A program made the translations under genes and the position numbers. Shown one piece after another: positions 23,231 to 32,738 of a DNA stretch of 64,000 nt. The first letter of the stretch is position 1. The number at the start of each line of letters is the position of its first letter. Below the pieces are notes generated by a model. The model saw only the letters and a program-made list of their open reading frames with translations, was not told the origin of the DNA and made no database searches. Where the stretch lies: assembly GCA_965222155.1 (NCBI GenBank), contig CBDCTH010000012.1:3008001-3072000 (forward strand), in the 5' to 3' direction. Origin of the DNA: Gammaproteobacteria bacterium. Its GTDB lineage: Bacteria > Pseudomonadota > Gammaproteobacteria > Eutrophobiales > Eutrophobiaceae.

Positions 23231-23262
23231 GTCCTGGATGGACTTGTTCAGAGTTTCCTTAA

Positions 23263-23937
23263 TTACATCAAGCCCCGTTCGGCCATGGACGTTACTACCT
23301 TGTCGCCGACTACCAGGTGGTCCAGCACGCGCACGTCCAGCAGGGCCAGGGCCTGGGTCAGCTTGACGGTGATCTGCCGATCCGCCTGGCTGGGCTCGGC
23401 AATACCCGAGGGGTGGTTGTGAGCGAAGATGATGGCCGCTGCGTTCAGTTCCAGACAGCGTTTTACCACCTCGCGCGGGTAGACGCTGGCGCCGTCAATG
23501 GTACCGGTAAACAGGATTTCATTGTTGATGATACGGTGGCGATTATCCAGGAACAGGCAGGCAAATACCTCATGGGGGAAACGGCATAACCAGGCTTTAA
23601 CGTAGGTCTTGGTCTTATCCGGGTTGCATAATACGGGCTTGGCGCGCACCTCTGCCTCCAGGTAACGACGCCCCAGTTCCAGGGCGGCCTGTAACAGCAC
23701 CCACTTGGCTTCACCCAGACCCTTGGTCGTGAGCAGTGTTTTCCGGTTCTGCTCAAGTAACGGCCGCAGCCCCTGAGCCTTGACCAACATATCCCTGGCC
23801 ATGTCCACGGCGCTGTGGCCGCTGTAACCGGAGCCCAGGAAGATGGCGATCAGTTCCGCGTCGGACAGACTGTGCGGTCCGTTGTTCAGCAGCTTGAAGC
23901 GGGGTTGTTCGGTTTGCGGCCAGTGGCGAATCGCCAT
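23263..23937 (-). CDS. radC: RadC family JAB-domain protein
   Basis: LSDAELIAIFL, AHNHPSG..EPSQAD, LDHLVV. Confidence 0.95.
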   Translation of the reverse strand: MAIRHWPQTEQPRFKLLNNGPHSLSDAELIAIFLGSGYSGHSAVDMARDMLVKAQGLRPLLEQNRKTLLTTKGLGEAKWVLLQAALELGRRYLEAEVRAKPVLCNPDKTKTYVKAWLCRFPHEVFACLFLDNRHRIINNEILFTGTIDGASVYPREVVKRCLELNAAAIIFAHNHPSGIAEPSQADRQITVKLTQALALLDVRVLDHLVVGDKVVTSMAERGLM

Positions 23938-24160
23938 GATGAACCTCCTTGTTCGGCATATAAGGGTAAGATGTCAATCAAGCATACAGGAGAATGATAA
24001 GAACGACAACATCAAAAGAGTTCATCAAAAGAGTTCAGAGAAACCCTGTCCACGCCGAGGTCGCAGGGAAGGTTGATCGCCGGGCAGGAAATTCAGCCTG
24101 GGCATGCATGTGCCCGGATGCAAACATGCATTCATCCCGGATATGGGCTAAACTGACGCC

Positions 24161-25402
24161 ATGCAAGCGCTTGCCGATAAACGTGTCCTGCTTGGTATAT
24201 CCGGGGGTATCGCCGCGTACAAAAGTGCTGAGTTAACCCGGCGCTTGTGCGACCAAGGCGCTACTGTGCGAGTGGTTATGACCCCGGCGGCCACTGAATT
24301 CATTACGCCCCTGACCCTGCAGGCCCTGTCGGGCAATCCCGTACACACTGATTTGCTGGACCATGGAGCCGAAGCCGCCATGGGGCACATTGAATTGGCG
24401 CGCTGGGCCGACATGATCGTCATCGCGCCGGCTACGGCGAACTTTATTGCCCGCCTGAGTAACGGGTTGGCTGACGACCTGTTGTCAACCCTGTGCCTGG
24501 CGACAACCGCACCGTTACTGGTTGCGCCGGCAATGAACCAGCAGATGTGGCAGAACCCCGCCACGCAGGAGAACATCGCCCGCTTGCAGGACCGGGGGAT
24601 TACCCTGCTTGGCCCTGCCAGCGGCGCCCAGGCCTGTGGAGAGACAGGCCCCGGCCGCCTGCTTGAACCGGATGAGATCGTGCCGGCGATCATCGCAGCA
24701 GGCAGGACAAATACGCTTGCCGGCGTCAGCGTGATGGTCAGCGCCGGGCCGACCCGGGAGTTTATCGACCCGGTTCGCTATCTCAGCAACCGCAGTTCGG
24801 GGAAAATGGGCTATGCCGTTGCCCGGGCCGCCGAGGAGGCCGGCGCCTCGGTCACCCTGGTATCAGGGCCCGTTGCCCTAACGCCGCCTGCGCGTGTCCG
24901 GGTTATCGAAGTGGTTTCCGCCAGCCAGATGCATGACTCAATTCTGAAAGAGGCAGCGTCCTGCGACATATTTATTTCAGCCGCGGCCGTAGCGGATTAT
25001 CGAAGTCGCGAGACAATGTTGCAGAAGATGAAAAAACAGGACGCCGGAATACTTCTGCGCCTGGAGAAAACGCCGGACATCCTGTCTGAAGTCGCTGCGC
25101 TTGCCAATCCGCCCTTTACCGTCGGATTTGCCGCGGAAACGGAATATCTCGCGGGCAATGCAAAACAGAAACTGGTGAATAAAAAGCTGGATATGATAGC
25201 GGCAAATCAGGTAGGAGACGGACTTGGGTTTGACAGTGACGAAAATGCCCTGGATGTCTACTGGCCGGGCGGATCACAGTCACTGGGGACGGCATCGAAG
25301 GAGAAACTGGCCGGACAGTTTATGGAAATAATCGTTGCGCGCTATCGGGATAAATCTCAGGAACAACCACAGAAGCCTGTCCTGAAAGACGTTTCGGGCT
25401 GA
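24161..25402 (+). CDS. coaBC: Phosphopantothenoylcysteine decarboxylase/ligase
   Basis: GGIAAYK, PAMN, ACGETG.GR, GPTRE.IDPVR..SNRSSGKMG, VGFAAET. Confidence 0.96.
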   Translation: MQALADKRVLLGISGGIAAYKSAELTRRLCDQGATVRVVMTPAATEFITPLTLQALSGNPVHTDLLDHGAEAAMGHIELARWADMIVIAPATANFIARLSNGLADDLLSTLCLATTAPLLVAPAMNQQMWQNPATQENIARLQDRGITLLGPASGAQACGETGPGRLLEPDEIVPAIIAAGRTNTLAGVSVMVSAGPTREFIDPVRYLSNRSSGKMGYAVARAAEEAGASVTLVSGPVALTPPARVRVIEVVSASQMHDSILKEAASCDIFISAAAVADYRSRETMLQKMKKQDAGILLRLEKTPDILSEVAALANPPFTVGFAAETEYLAGNAKQKLVNKKLDMIAANQVGDGLGFDSDENALDVYWPGGSQSLGTASKEKLAGQFMEIIVARYRDKSQEQPQKPVLKDVSG

Positions 25403-25407
25403 TCAAC

Positions 25408-26802
25408 ATGACCCGCTCCGCTGTTCCCCCTTCCATTTTCCGCGCCTATGACATACGGGGAGTGGTGGGCCGGACGTTGACCGCGGACATTGCCCACCGT
25501 ATCGGGCTTGGCATCGGTACGGAAGCCAGGGACAGGGGAGAACAGGCGCTGATCATCGGGCGCGACGGCAGGCACTCGAGCCCGGAACTGGCCGGCGCCC
25601 TGGTTACGGGCCTGCGCGAGAGTGGGCGAGATGTCGTGGATATCGGCATGGTTCCTACGCCGCTATTGTATTTTGCCACCCACTGGCTGCACGCGAACAG
25701 TGGAGTGATGGTGACGGGCAGCCATAATGGTCCCGAATATAACGGTGTGAAACTGATCATCGGCGGGCAGACCCTGTTCGGGGACGCGCTACAGGCGATT
25801 TATCGGCGCATTGTTGCGGGTGATTTTTCCTGTGGCAATGGCGGGTTGTCGTCTGCAGATGTCCGGGTCGATTACATCGCGAGAATAACCGACGACATCT
25901 CACCTGTGGCGAACGGCGCGGGGTTGAAGATCGTCATCGATTGCGGCAACGGTGTGGCGGGCGATGTCGCCCCACAGTTGTTTCGCGCCCTGGGCCATCG
26001 TGTAGTGGAAATGTATTGCGACGTCGATGGAGCATTTCCCAACCATCATCCCGACCCCAGTCAGCCGGAAAACATGGAGGCGCTTGTCGCCCGGGTAAAA
26101 GAGCAGCAGGCCGATATCGGGCTTGCCTTTGACGGTGATGGAGACCGGCTTGGCGTTGTCGACAGCGCCGGGCATATTATCTGGCCTGACCGGCAATTGA
26201 TGGTGCTGGCAAAGGATGTGCTGACCCGTAACCAGGGCGCCAGCATCATCTATGACGTGAAGTGTTCGCGCCACTTGAAAACCGTGATTGAAGCCAACGG
26301 CGGTGTGCCGCTGATGTGGAAGACCGGCCATTCCCTGATCAAGAGCAAAATGGAGGAGATGCAGGCCCCGCTCGCCGGTGAGTTGAGCGGTCACATCTTC
26401 TTCAAGGAGCGCTGGTACGGTTTCGACGATGCGCTTTATGCTGGCGCCCGCCTGCTGGAAATCATACTGCGTAGCCGGACCCGATCAGAGGACCTGTTTG
26501 CGGAAATGCCGGAAGGCGTTTCGACACCTGAATTGCGGGTGAAGTTGCCTGAGGATGCGCATCAAACCTACATGCAGGAACTCAAAGACAATGTCGATTT
26601 TCCCGGCACACAGATCATCAGTACGGATGGGGTGAGGGTTGAATTTCAGGACGGCTGGGGCCTGGTGCGCGCGTCGAATACCTCACCCGTGCTTACCCTT
26701 CGCTTTGAAGCTGACGACCAGGCTGCCCTGGAACGTATACAAGGCCGGTTCCGCAGTTTGTTGCAGGCGACGGCGGACACCAGCCTGCAGTTGCCTTTTT
26801 AA
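25408..26802 (+). CDS. algC: Phosphomannomutase/phosphoglucomutase
   Basis: FRAYDIRG, TGSHN, FDGDGDR, GELSGH, RASNT. Confidence 0.93.
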   Translation: MTRSAVPPSIFRAYDIRGVVGRTLTADIAHRIGLGIGTEARDRGEQALIIGRDGRHSSPELAGALVTGLRESGRDVVDIGMVPTPLLYFATHWLHANSGVMVTGSHNGPEYNGVKLIIGGQTLFGDALQAIYRRIVAGDFSCGNGGLSSADVRVDYIARITDDISPVANGAGLKIVIDCGNGVAGDVAPQLFRALGHRVVEMYCDVDGAFPNHHPDPSQPENMEALVARVKEQQADIGLAFDGDGDRLGVVDSAGHIIWPDRQLMVLAKDVLTRNQGASIIYDVKCSRHLKTVIEANGGVPLMWKTGHSLIKSKMEEMQAPLAGELSGHIFFKERWYGFDDALYAGARLLEIILRSRTRSEDLFAEMPEGVSTPELRVKLPEDAHQTYMQELKDNVDFPGTQIISTDGVRVEFQDGWGLVRASNTSPVLTLRFEADDQAALERIQGRFRSLLQATADTSLQLPF

Positions 26803-26869
26803 GGATAATCATGTCTTCAACGGGCATATAACCCGGGTGCGTAATCTGTCGGAACCCGAGGCTCCCCGA

Positions 26870-27529
26870 TCATTCCCCGTCATGTTGTTGGATTCCGTAT
26901 TCCGCTCTGTAGCTCAGTATATCTTTGAGTGGCGTTGAATGCGCCGGGTCTTTGCGCAGGAATTCGATCAGGTTGTCCAGGGTAATGATGGGGACAACCG
27001 GAATGCCGTAACGGCGCTGAATCTCAGCAATGGCCGATGAACCGTCCTGGCCGCGTTCCTGGCGATCCAGGGCGATGATCACCGCTGTTATCCGGGCGCC
27101 ATGACGCTGTATCAAATCGACAGAGAAATTGATCGAGGTACCGGCCGTGATGACATCGTCGATAATCAGGATTTCGCCGTGCAGGGGCGCGCCGGCAAGC
27201 ATGCCGCCTTCGCCGTGATCCTTTTCCTCCTTGCGATTAAAACAATAAGGCAGGGAACAATGATTATCATTGGCGTATGCTATGGCGACCGCGGTCACCA
27301 GCGGGATACCTTTATAAGCCGGTCCGAACAACATATCGAATTGAAGACCCGCGTCTTCGATGGCAAGCATATAAAACTGTCCCAAGAGGGCGATGCTGTT
27401 GCCGTTGTTGAACAGCCCGCTATTAAAAAAATACGGACTGCTGCGGCCTGATTTCAGGGTGAACCGGCCAAATTGCAATACCTTGTTGCGGATGGCGAAA
27501 TCTATAAACCTGGCTTGGTATTCTTTCAC
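26870..27529 (-). CDS. pyrE: Orotate phosphoribosyltransferase
   Basis: LKSGR.SPYFFN, FGPAYKGIP, KDHGEGG, IIDDVITAGT. Confidence 0.96.
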   Translation of the reverse strand: MKEYQARFIDFAIRNKVLQFGRFTLKSGRSSPYFFNSGLFNNGNSIALLGQFYMLAIEDAGLQFDMLFGPAYKGIPLVTAVAIAYANDNHCSLPYCFNRKEEKDHGEGGMLAGAPLHGEILIIDDVITAGTSINFSVDLIQRHGARITAVIIALDRQERGQDGSSAIAEIQRRYGIPVVPIITLDNLIEFLRKDPAHSTPLKDILSYRAEYGIQQHDGE

Positions 27530-27594
27530 GGTTTTGCCAACGCGCGCAGACCAGGAGACGTAGTCTGATAATACTTAGCCCGCATGCACGATTT

Positions 27595-28431
27595 TCATGC
27601 GGCCAGGCGCGGCTGCGCGGGCGCAGGCCCGCCGCGCTGCAGGCGCGACTTGATTTGTAGCATCAGGCAGACAAACGGGGCATACCAGGGCTGTATTCGC
27701 GCAACGCCGCGTTTGAATGAGGGTCGTTGCATGATACGCGCAGCCCAGTTACGGATATTCGGGTAATTTCGGAAGTCGACCGCCCCGGTGCGATGATTCA
27801 GGTAATACGTGACGAACCAGGCTATGTCGGCGTAACTGAACTGATCGCCCACCAGCCATTGATGCTGGCCAAGCTCTTTTTCGATACTGTCGTAGAAAGC
27901 GAACAGTTGCCGTTCGGCGCTAAGAACCGTGGATTCTGCAAAGCCGGACAGAGTCTGCTGGTGAAAAGCAATCAAGTCGGGGTCTTCCTGCTTCTCAATA
28001 TAGTGTTCCATCATCTCCGGTTTCTTGGATGCGCCCAGTATCTGTGAGTACATGTAGGTCTTGACCACGCCCATGTGGTTGTCAGTGGCGCTGTCCATCC
28101 AGTTGTCAGCCTGTTGGCGTTGTTCCGGATCGGACGGATAGAGAGCGGGTTCCGGGAATTGCTTTTCGATGTAACGCAGGATATCTATCGACTCGGTGAC
28201 CACTACGCCGTCATGCACCAGCGCGGGCACCAGTCCCGTGGGGTTGATCCTGAAGTATTCGTCCCTGGTATTTTCCTGGGTAAACAGATTGACGGCGTGG
28301 GGCGTCCAGTCCTGGCCTTTTTCTTCGAGTGCAATAGATACGCGCTGGGCACAGTTCGACAAAAAGTAGTGGTACACATGCAAGCCTTTCATGGACTTTA
28401 TGCCGGGGTCGGCGTTCTCGTAGACAGGCAC
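27595..28431 (-). CDS. Glutathione S-transferase family protein
   Basis: SNCAQRV, INPTGLVPAL, ES..I.RY, LVGDQFSYADI. Confidence 0.85.
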   Translation of the reverse strand: MPVYENADPGIKSMKGLHVYHYFLSNCAQRVSIALEEKGQDWTPHAVNLFTQENTRDEYFRINPTGLVPALVHDGVVVTESIDILRYIEKQFPEPALYPSDPEQRQQADNWMDSATDNHMGVVKTYMYSQILGASKKPEMMEHYIEKQEDPDLIAFHQQTLSGFAESTVLSAERQLFAFYDSIEKELGQHQWLVGDQFSYADIAWFVTYYLNHRTGAVDFRNYPNIRNWAARIMQRPSFKRGVARIQPWYAPFVCLMLQIKSRLQRGGPAPAQPRLAA

Positions 28432-28493
28432 GGTCTGTTCTCCTCGGAAGATGCAATTGATTTTTTAAATTATCAAGTCAGTATACATCAGCT

Positions 28494-29261
28494 ATGAAGA
28501 TTATCACATTAAATGCCAACGGGATTCGCGCTGCTGACAGAAAGGGTTTTTTTGACTGGATGCTGAAACAAAATGCCGACGTTGTCTGCTTACAGGAAAT
28601 AAAGGCGCAGACCGAACAATTGGACACGCGGATATTGCAACCGCCCGGGTATTGCGGATTCTTCAACAGCGCGGAAAAAAAAGGCTACAGCGGTGTTGCC
28701 CTGTATTCCCGCCGGGAACCGGACAAGGTGGCTGATCGACTGGGCTGGGATACGGCCGACCGGGAGGGGCGCTTCCTCCAGGCTGATTATAACGGGGTCA
28801 GTGTCGTGTCCCTGTACCTGCCGTCCGGTACCTCGGGTGACGAACGGCAGGCGGTCAAGTATGATTTCATGGCGCGCTTTGAGGCGGTGCTGACGGCAAT
28901 GCGGCGCCGGGGCCGGGAAGTTATCATCTGTGGTGATTGGAATATCGCCCATAAGGAAATTGATTTGAAAAACTGGCGCAGCAACCGGAAAAATTCCGGG
29001 TTTCTGCCGGAGGAGCGGGCATGGATGGACAAGGTGTTTGGTGAGTTTGGTATGGTCGACGCATTCCGCGTGGTGAACCAGGAGACCGAGCAATATACCT
29101 GGTGGTCAAACCGAGGTCAATCCTGGGCGAAAAACGTGGGCTGGCGTATCGATTATCAGGTAGTGACACCGGGGCTGACGGACCACGTCAAGTCAGTATC
29201 AATTTACAAACAACAGCGTTTCTCGGACCATGCCCCTCTGACCATTGAATACGACATATAA
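28494..29261 (+). CDS. xth: Exodeoxyribonuclease III family protein
   Basis: NANGIR, LQEIK, YLPSG, GDWN, WRIDY, SDHAP. Confidence 0.92.
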   Translation: MKIITLNANGIRAADRKGFFDWMLKQNADVVCLQEIKAQTEQLDTRILQPPGYCGFFNSAEKKGYSGVALYSRREPDKVADRLGWDTADREGRFLQADYNGVSVVSLYLPSGTSGDERQAVKYDFMARFEAVLTAMRRRGREVIICGDWNIAHKEIDLKNWRSNRKNSGFLPEERAWMDKVFGEFGMVDAFRVVNQETEQYTWWSNRGQSWAKNVGWRIDYQVVTPGLTDHVKSVSIYKQQRFSDHAPLTIEYDI

Positions 29262-29295
29262 AAGCTTGTCTGCAGCGCCTGTCGTAACCGACTCG

Positions 29296-29739
29296 CTATT
29301 CCGTAAAAAACTGCTGCTGAAAAGAAAAGCTCAAGGCAACGGACTCGCCTTCGGGGGTAATGCTCAGGTCAAAGTTTAGGGTTTCTTCATTATTTACGGC
29401 TGTCTCGGCGATGTAGTAAATTGCCCCGTTTCCCCTTAACTCCCGGGTATTCAGGTTTTTTAACTGCCGTGTCAGGTTGGTCGCAGTGGCTTCCACCTGC
29501 GCCTTGACCGGTTGACCTGTCGTTCCCATGACCTTCTTGAGCACGGAAATATTGAGAATGGCCCGGTTTTTACTGCGGCGGATTTTGTAGAGCCGGGCGA
29601 CCTCGGGCGATAGCAGATCCGTGGTAAAGGCCACGTAATGGATGGTGTACTCACTGAACGTCTTTGACTGCTCGGCGCTGACAGTGAATCCGGCAGTTGT
29701 TAACAATAATGTGATCAGGGCGATTGCGATTCGGGGCAT
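29296..29739 (-). CDS. DUF4426 family exported protein
   Basis: Signal peptide, HY.AF.T..L.PEVA..Y.I.RS, AIYYIA; downstream of yggT. Confidence 0.8.
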   Translation of the reverse strand: MPRIAIALITLLLTTAGFTVSAEQSKTFSEYTIHYVAFTTDLLSPEVARLYKIRRSKNRAILNISVLKKVMGTTGQPVKAQVEATATNLTRQLKNLNTRELRGNGAIYYIAETAVNNEETLNFDLSITPEGESVALSFSFQQQFFTE

Positions 29740-29815
29740 CGGTTACTCCTTTCTGCTTGGACGTTAAGAATATACTATACCAGGGGCAAAACTGGCAACA
29801 GGCTTGTCTCTGCTA

Positions 29816-29994
29816 CAGCCATTCCCGCTAAATCGAGGTCAATACAGAAGACAGGGGGGGACAGATTTAAATCTGTCCCCCAGGAGTCCCGGGCATACTC
29901 TGACCATGAAGGGGCAGTTTCCCTGGGAGGGAGGGCGTCTCGCCCTCCACGAGGGCAGGATGCCCTCGATCCCGGGAGTTAGCGGGAACTGCTG
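29816..29994. mobile_element. MITE family B, copy 1 (179 bp)
   Basis: TIR CAGCCATTCCCGCTAA / TTAGCGGGAACTGCTG; 9-bp flanks TCTCTGCTA / TCTCTGCCA; nearly identical to 31552-31731. Confidence 0.85.
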
Positions 29995-30089
29995 TCTCTG
30001 CCAGGTATTCGAACTGACCGGAGTGAGAAGGACCGGCAGGCGCCCGGTACGCCGGTAAGATGCAGCCTTCCAGGGCGGCACGATACGGT

Positions 30090-30671
30090 TCAGGCGGCTA
30101 AAGCCCGTCCCAGTTCAGTCAAGGGTCTGACCAGCAGTATCAATGACAGTTGCAGGAAGATAAATACCAGTATGGGGGAAAAGTCGATGCCGTGGGCCGA
30201 AGGCAATAGTCTGCGGGCCGGCCGCAGCAAGGGCTCGGATAATTGATACAGGAGAACCGTAATCGGGTTATGGGAGCCGGGGCTGATCCAGCTGAGGATG
30301 ATCTGTACAAAGATTACGAACATGAAGATATGGATGATCAGTTTCAGTAACTCTGCGGCACTGAGCAGGAGCAGGCCGATAAAGGCAAAAGAAGAACCGT
30401 AGGTGATCAGGCTGGTCAGGGAAAATTCAATAGCCTGGAGCATGACCATCAGCATGATGCAAGACCAATCGATCCCGCCATGCCCCGGGATGAAACGACG
30501 CAACAAGCGCAGGGGCGGGCTGGTCACCTGCAACAGGAATTGTGAGATGGGGTTGCGGGAATCGGCCCGAACCGCCTGCAACAGGAAGCGCAGCACCACA
30601 AACAGGATGTAAATGGAAAAAATCGTATTGACCAAGTACAGCAAAGCATCGGTCAGGTAGGAACCGCCCAT
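30090..30671 (-). CDS. yggT: YggT family membrane protein
   Basis: Two YGGT repeats (NPISQF...T.P, LSEPLLRPARR..P...IDFSP). Confidence 0.9.
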   Translation of the reverse strand: MGGSYLTDALLYLVNTIFSIYILFVVLRFLLQAVRADSRNPISQFLLQVTSPPLRLLRRFIPGHGGIDWSCIMLMVMLQAIEFSLTSLITYGSSFAFIGLLLLSAAELLKLIIHIFMFVIFVQIILSWISPGSHNPITVLLYQLSEPLLRPARRLLPSAHGIDFSPILVFIFLQLSLILLVRPLTELGRALAA

Positions 30672-30674
30672 CTG

Positions 30675-31496
30675 TTAATCCCCCTGTTGCGCCAGTTCTA
30701 TCGAACGCTCCCGGCAGGCAGTCAGCGCCCGGCGCAGCAACTGCTCCAGCCCCCCCTCCTCGAATGCCTGCAGCGCTTTCTCAGTGGTGCCGCCCGGGGA
30801 GGTAACACGCAGCCTCAGGGTGGCCGCATCCTCACCGGTTTCCTTCAGCATCCTGGCCGCCCCTAATGCGGTTTCAACGCTGAGCAGGCGGGCCTGTTCC
30901 CTGGACAGACCCATGTCAACAGCGATTTTTTCCAGCAGTTCAACGACCAGGAAGAAATAAGCGGGGCCACTGCCTGAGACGGCGGTCACGGTATCCAGCA
31001 GAGACTCATCATCCAGCCAGACCGCAACACCGACTGCCTGCATGATATGTGTTGCCGCCTCGCGCCGGGATGCGCTAACGTCAGCAGCGGCATACAGGCC
31101 GGTTGCGCCGGTGCGCAACAGTGCCGGTGTGTTGGGCATGGCGCGTACCACCGGGCAGGCACCGCCAAGCGCGTTATTGATGGCTCCGGTGCGAATGCCG
31201 GCCGCGATGGACAGGATCAGGGGGCTTTTGGTTTGCAGGGCCTCCCTGATATTGGTCAGGGCAGCCATGACTGTTTGCGGTTTGACCGCCAGAACAATGA
31301 CGTCAGCTACGGGAACAGCTTCTGTTACCCCGGCCGCGGTGCGGATATCGTAGCGAGTTTCCACCCTGTGGCGTTGATTTTCATCCGGGTCAACGCCGAA
31401 CAGCGATGATGCGGGGTGACCATTGGCGATAAGCCCACTGATGAGACTCGTCCCCATGTTGCCGCAACCGAGAAAGGTGATGTTCTGGTCCTGCAC
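30675..31496 (-). CDS. proC: Pyrroline-5-carboxylate reductase
   Basis: GCGNMG, LAVKPQ, RAMPNTP, SGSGPAY, VTSPGGTT. Confidence 0.96.
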   Translation of the reverse strand: MQDQNITFLGCGNMGTSLISGLIANGHPASSLFGVDPDENQRHRVETRYDIRTAAGVTEAVPVADVIVLAVKPQTVMAALTNIREALQTKSPLILSIAAGIRTGAINNALGGACPVVRAMPNTPALLRTGATGLYAAADVSASRREAATHIMQAVGVAVWLDDESLLDTVTAVSGSGPAYFFLVVELLEKIAVDMGLSREQARLLSVETALGAARMLKETGEDAATLRLRVTSPGGTTEKALQAFEEGGLEQLLRRALTACRERSIELAQQGD

Positions 31497-31551
31497 AATA
31501 TGCGCATCATATCAGTGTTTGCCACAGAGGGCACAGAGATCACAGAGTTTC

Positions 31552-31731
31552 CAGGTGCTCCCGTTAAATCGAGGTGAATACAGAAGACAGGGGGGGACAG
31601 ATTTAAATCTGTCCCCCAGGAGTCCCGGGCATACTCTGACCATAAAGGGGCCTATTTCCCTGGGAGGGAGGGCGTCTCGCCCTCCACGAGGGCAGGATGT
31701 CCTCGATCCCGGGAGTTAGCGGGAACTACTG
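31552..31731. mobile_element. MITE family B, copy 2 (180 bp)
   Basis: Perfect 9-bp target duplication CAGAGTTTC (31543-31551, 31732-31740); CAG...CTG termini. Confidence 0.88.
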
Positions 31732-31798
31732 CAGAGTTTCAGAAGGAGTGCTTTTTTCACATCCCCCTGCTTACTGCATGCGGGGGCAGGCTCTGTAA

Positions 31799-31830
31799 CT
31801 GGATACCGGACAATCCCTGTCCGGCATGAC
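31799..31830. repeat. REP-like palindrome CTGGATACCGG-N-CCGGCATGAC
   Basis: Related intergenic copies at 52635-52685 and 58053-58084. Confidence 0.6.
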
Positions 31831-31877
31831 GGGTTCTCTACTTCTCTGTGTCCTTATTTTCAGGAACTATCGCATGG

Positions 31878-32564
31878 CTACCGGGTTCTCGGGCCGAATA
31901 ATGCCGTCCCGATCCTGACCAAGGTCGCCCCTTCCGCTATGGCGGCCTGCATGTCATTGGTGGTGCCCATGGACAGCGTGTCGAGTTGGTAGCCGGTACC
32001 TATGAGCCGTTCCCGGAGACAGCGCAGTTTAATGAAGGCTTGCCTTTGCGTAGCGAAGTCATCTGTGGGCGCGGGCAACGCCATGAGTCCTCTCAGCTTT
32101 AGCCGGGGTAACGGGAGAAGCTGCTCGGCCAGTTGTTCCACCTCATCCGGGTCGACGCCTGATTTGCTGGACTCAGCATCAACGTTGACCTGTATGCAGA
32201 TATTCAGGGGAGGTAGGTCGGACGCTCGCGCCGCATTTAAGCGGCTGGCGATTTTGATACGATCGACCGAGTGTACCCAGTGGAAACACCCGGTAATCCG
32301 GCGGGTCTTGTTGGACTGGATCGGACCGATGAAATGCCAGGTAAGCGACTGCCCACTCAATTGCCCGATTTTACCCCATGCTTCCTGAACATAGTTCTCG
32401 CCGAAAGCCGTGACTCCCAGTTGCGCCAGCGCCAGAACGTCGGCGGCATCCCGGGTTTTACTCACGGCGAGCAGTTTCACACTGCCGGGTTCCCGGCCGA
32501 AGCGCCGTTCCGCTTCCTCAATCTGCAGACGTACCCGTTGCAATCGTTCGCGCAGGCCGTTCAT
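31878..32564 (-). CDS. yggS: PLP homeostasis protein YggS
   Basis: LLAVSK, FGENYVQE, WHFIGPIQSNK, LSMG, VRIGTALFG. Confidence 0.95.
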   Translation of the reverse strand: MNGLRERLQRVRLQIEEAERRFGREPGSVKLLAVSKTRDAADVLALAQLGVTAFGENYVQEAWGKIGQLSGQSLTWHFIGPIQSNKTRRITGCFHWVHSVDRIKIASRLNAARASDLPPLNICIQVNVDAESSKSGVDPDEVEQLAEQLLPLPRLKLRGLMALPAPTDDFATQRQAFIKLRCLRERLIGTGYQLDTLSMGTTNDMQAAIAEGATLVRIGTALFGPRTR

Positions 32565-32738
32565 CTTGTCGCCAGGAACACCCCCGGATTGGTAACGCAG
32601 GTTATTCATATCATTGTGGTTAACAGTCAGTCGATATTGTATATTATTCCGGGTATTTAAACCCTCTGTAACAACCGGTCTGCCAGATTTAGCAGTCAGT
32701 GGTCGCCCGATGAACAGGAACATGAAAACAGAAATGTC

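Noticed and set aside
28494-29261. Crc catabolite regulator, suggested by position near pyrE
   Set aside because: The AP-endonuclease catalytic motifs look intact, so it is called xth.
29804-30081. Short ORFs here and their near-duplicate at 31423-31719
   Set aside because: They are translations of MITE B, not genes.
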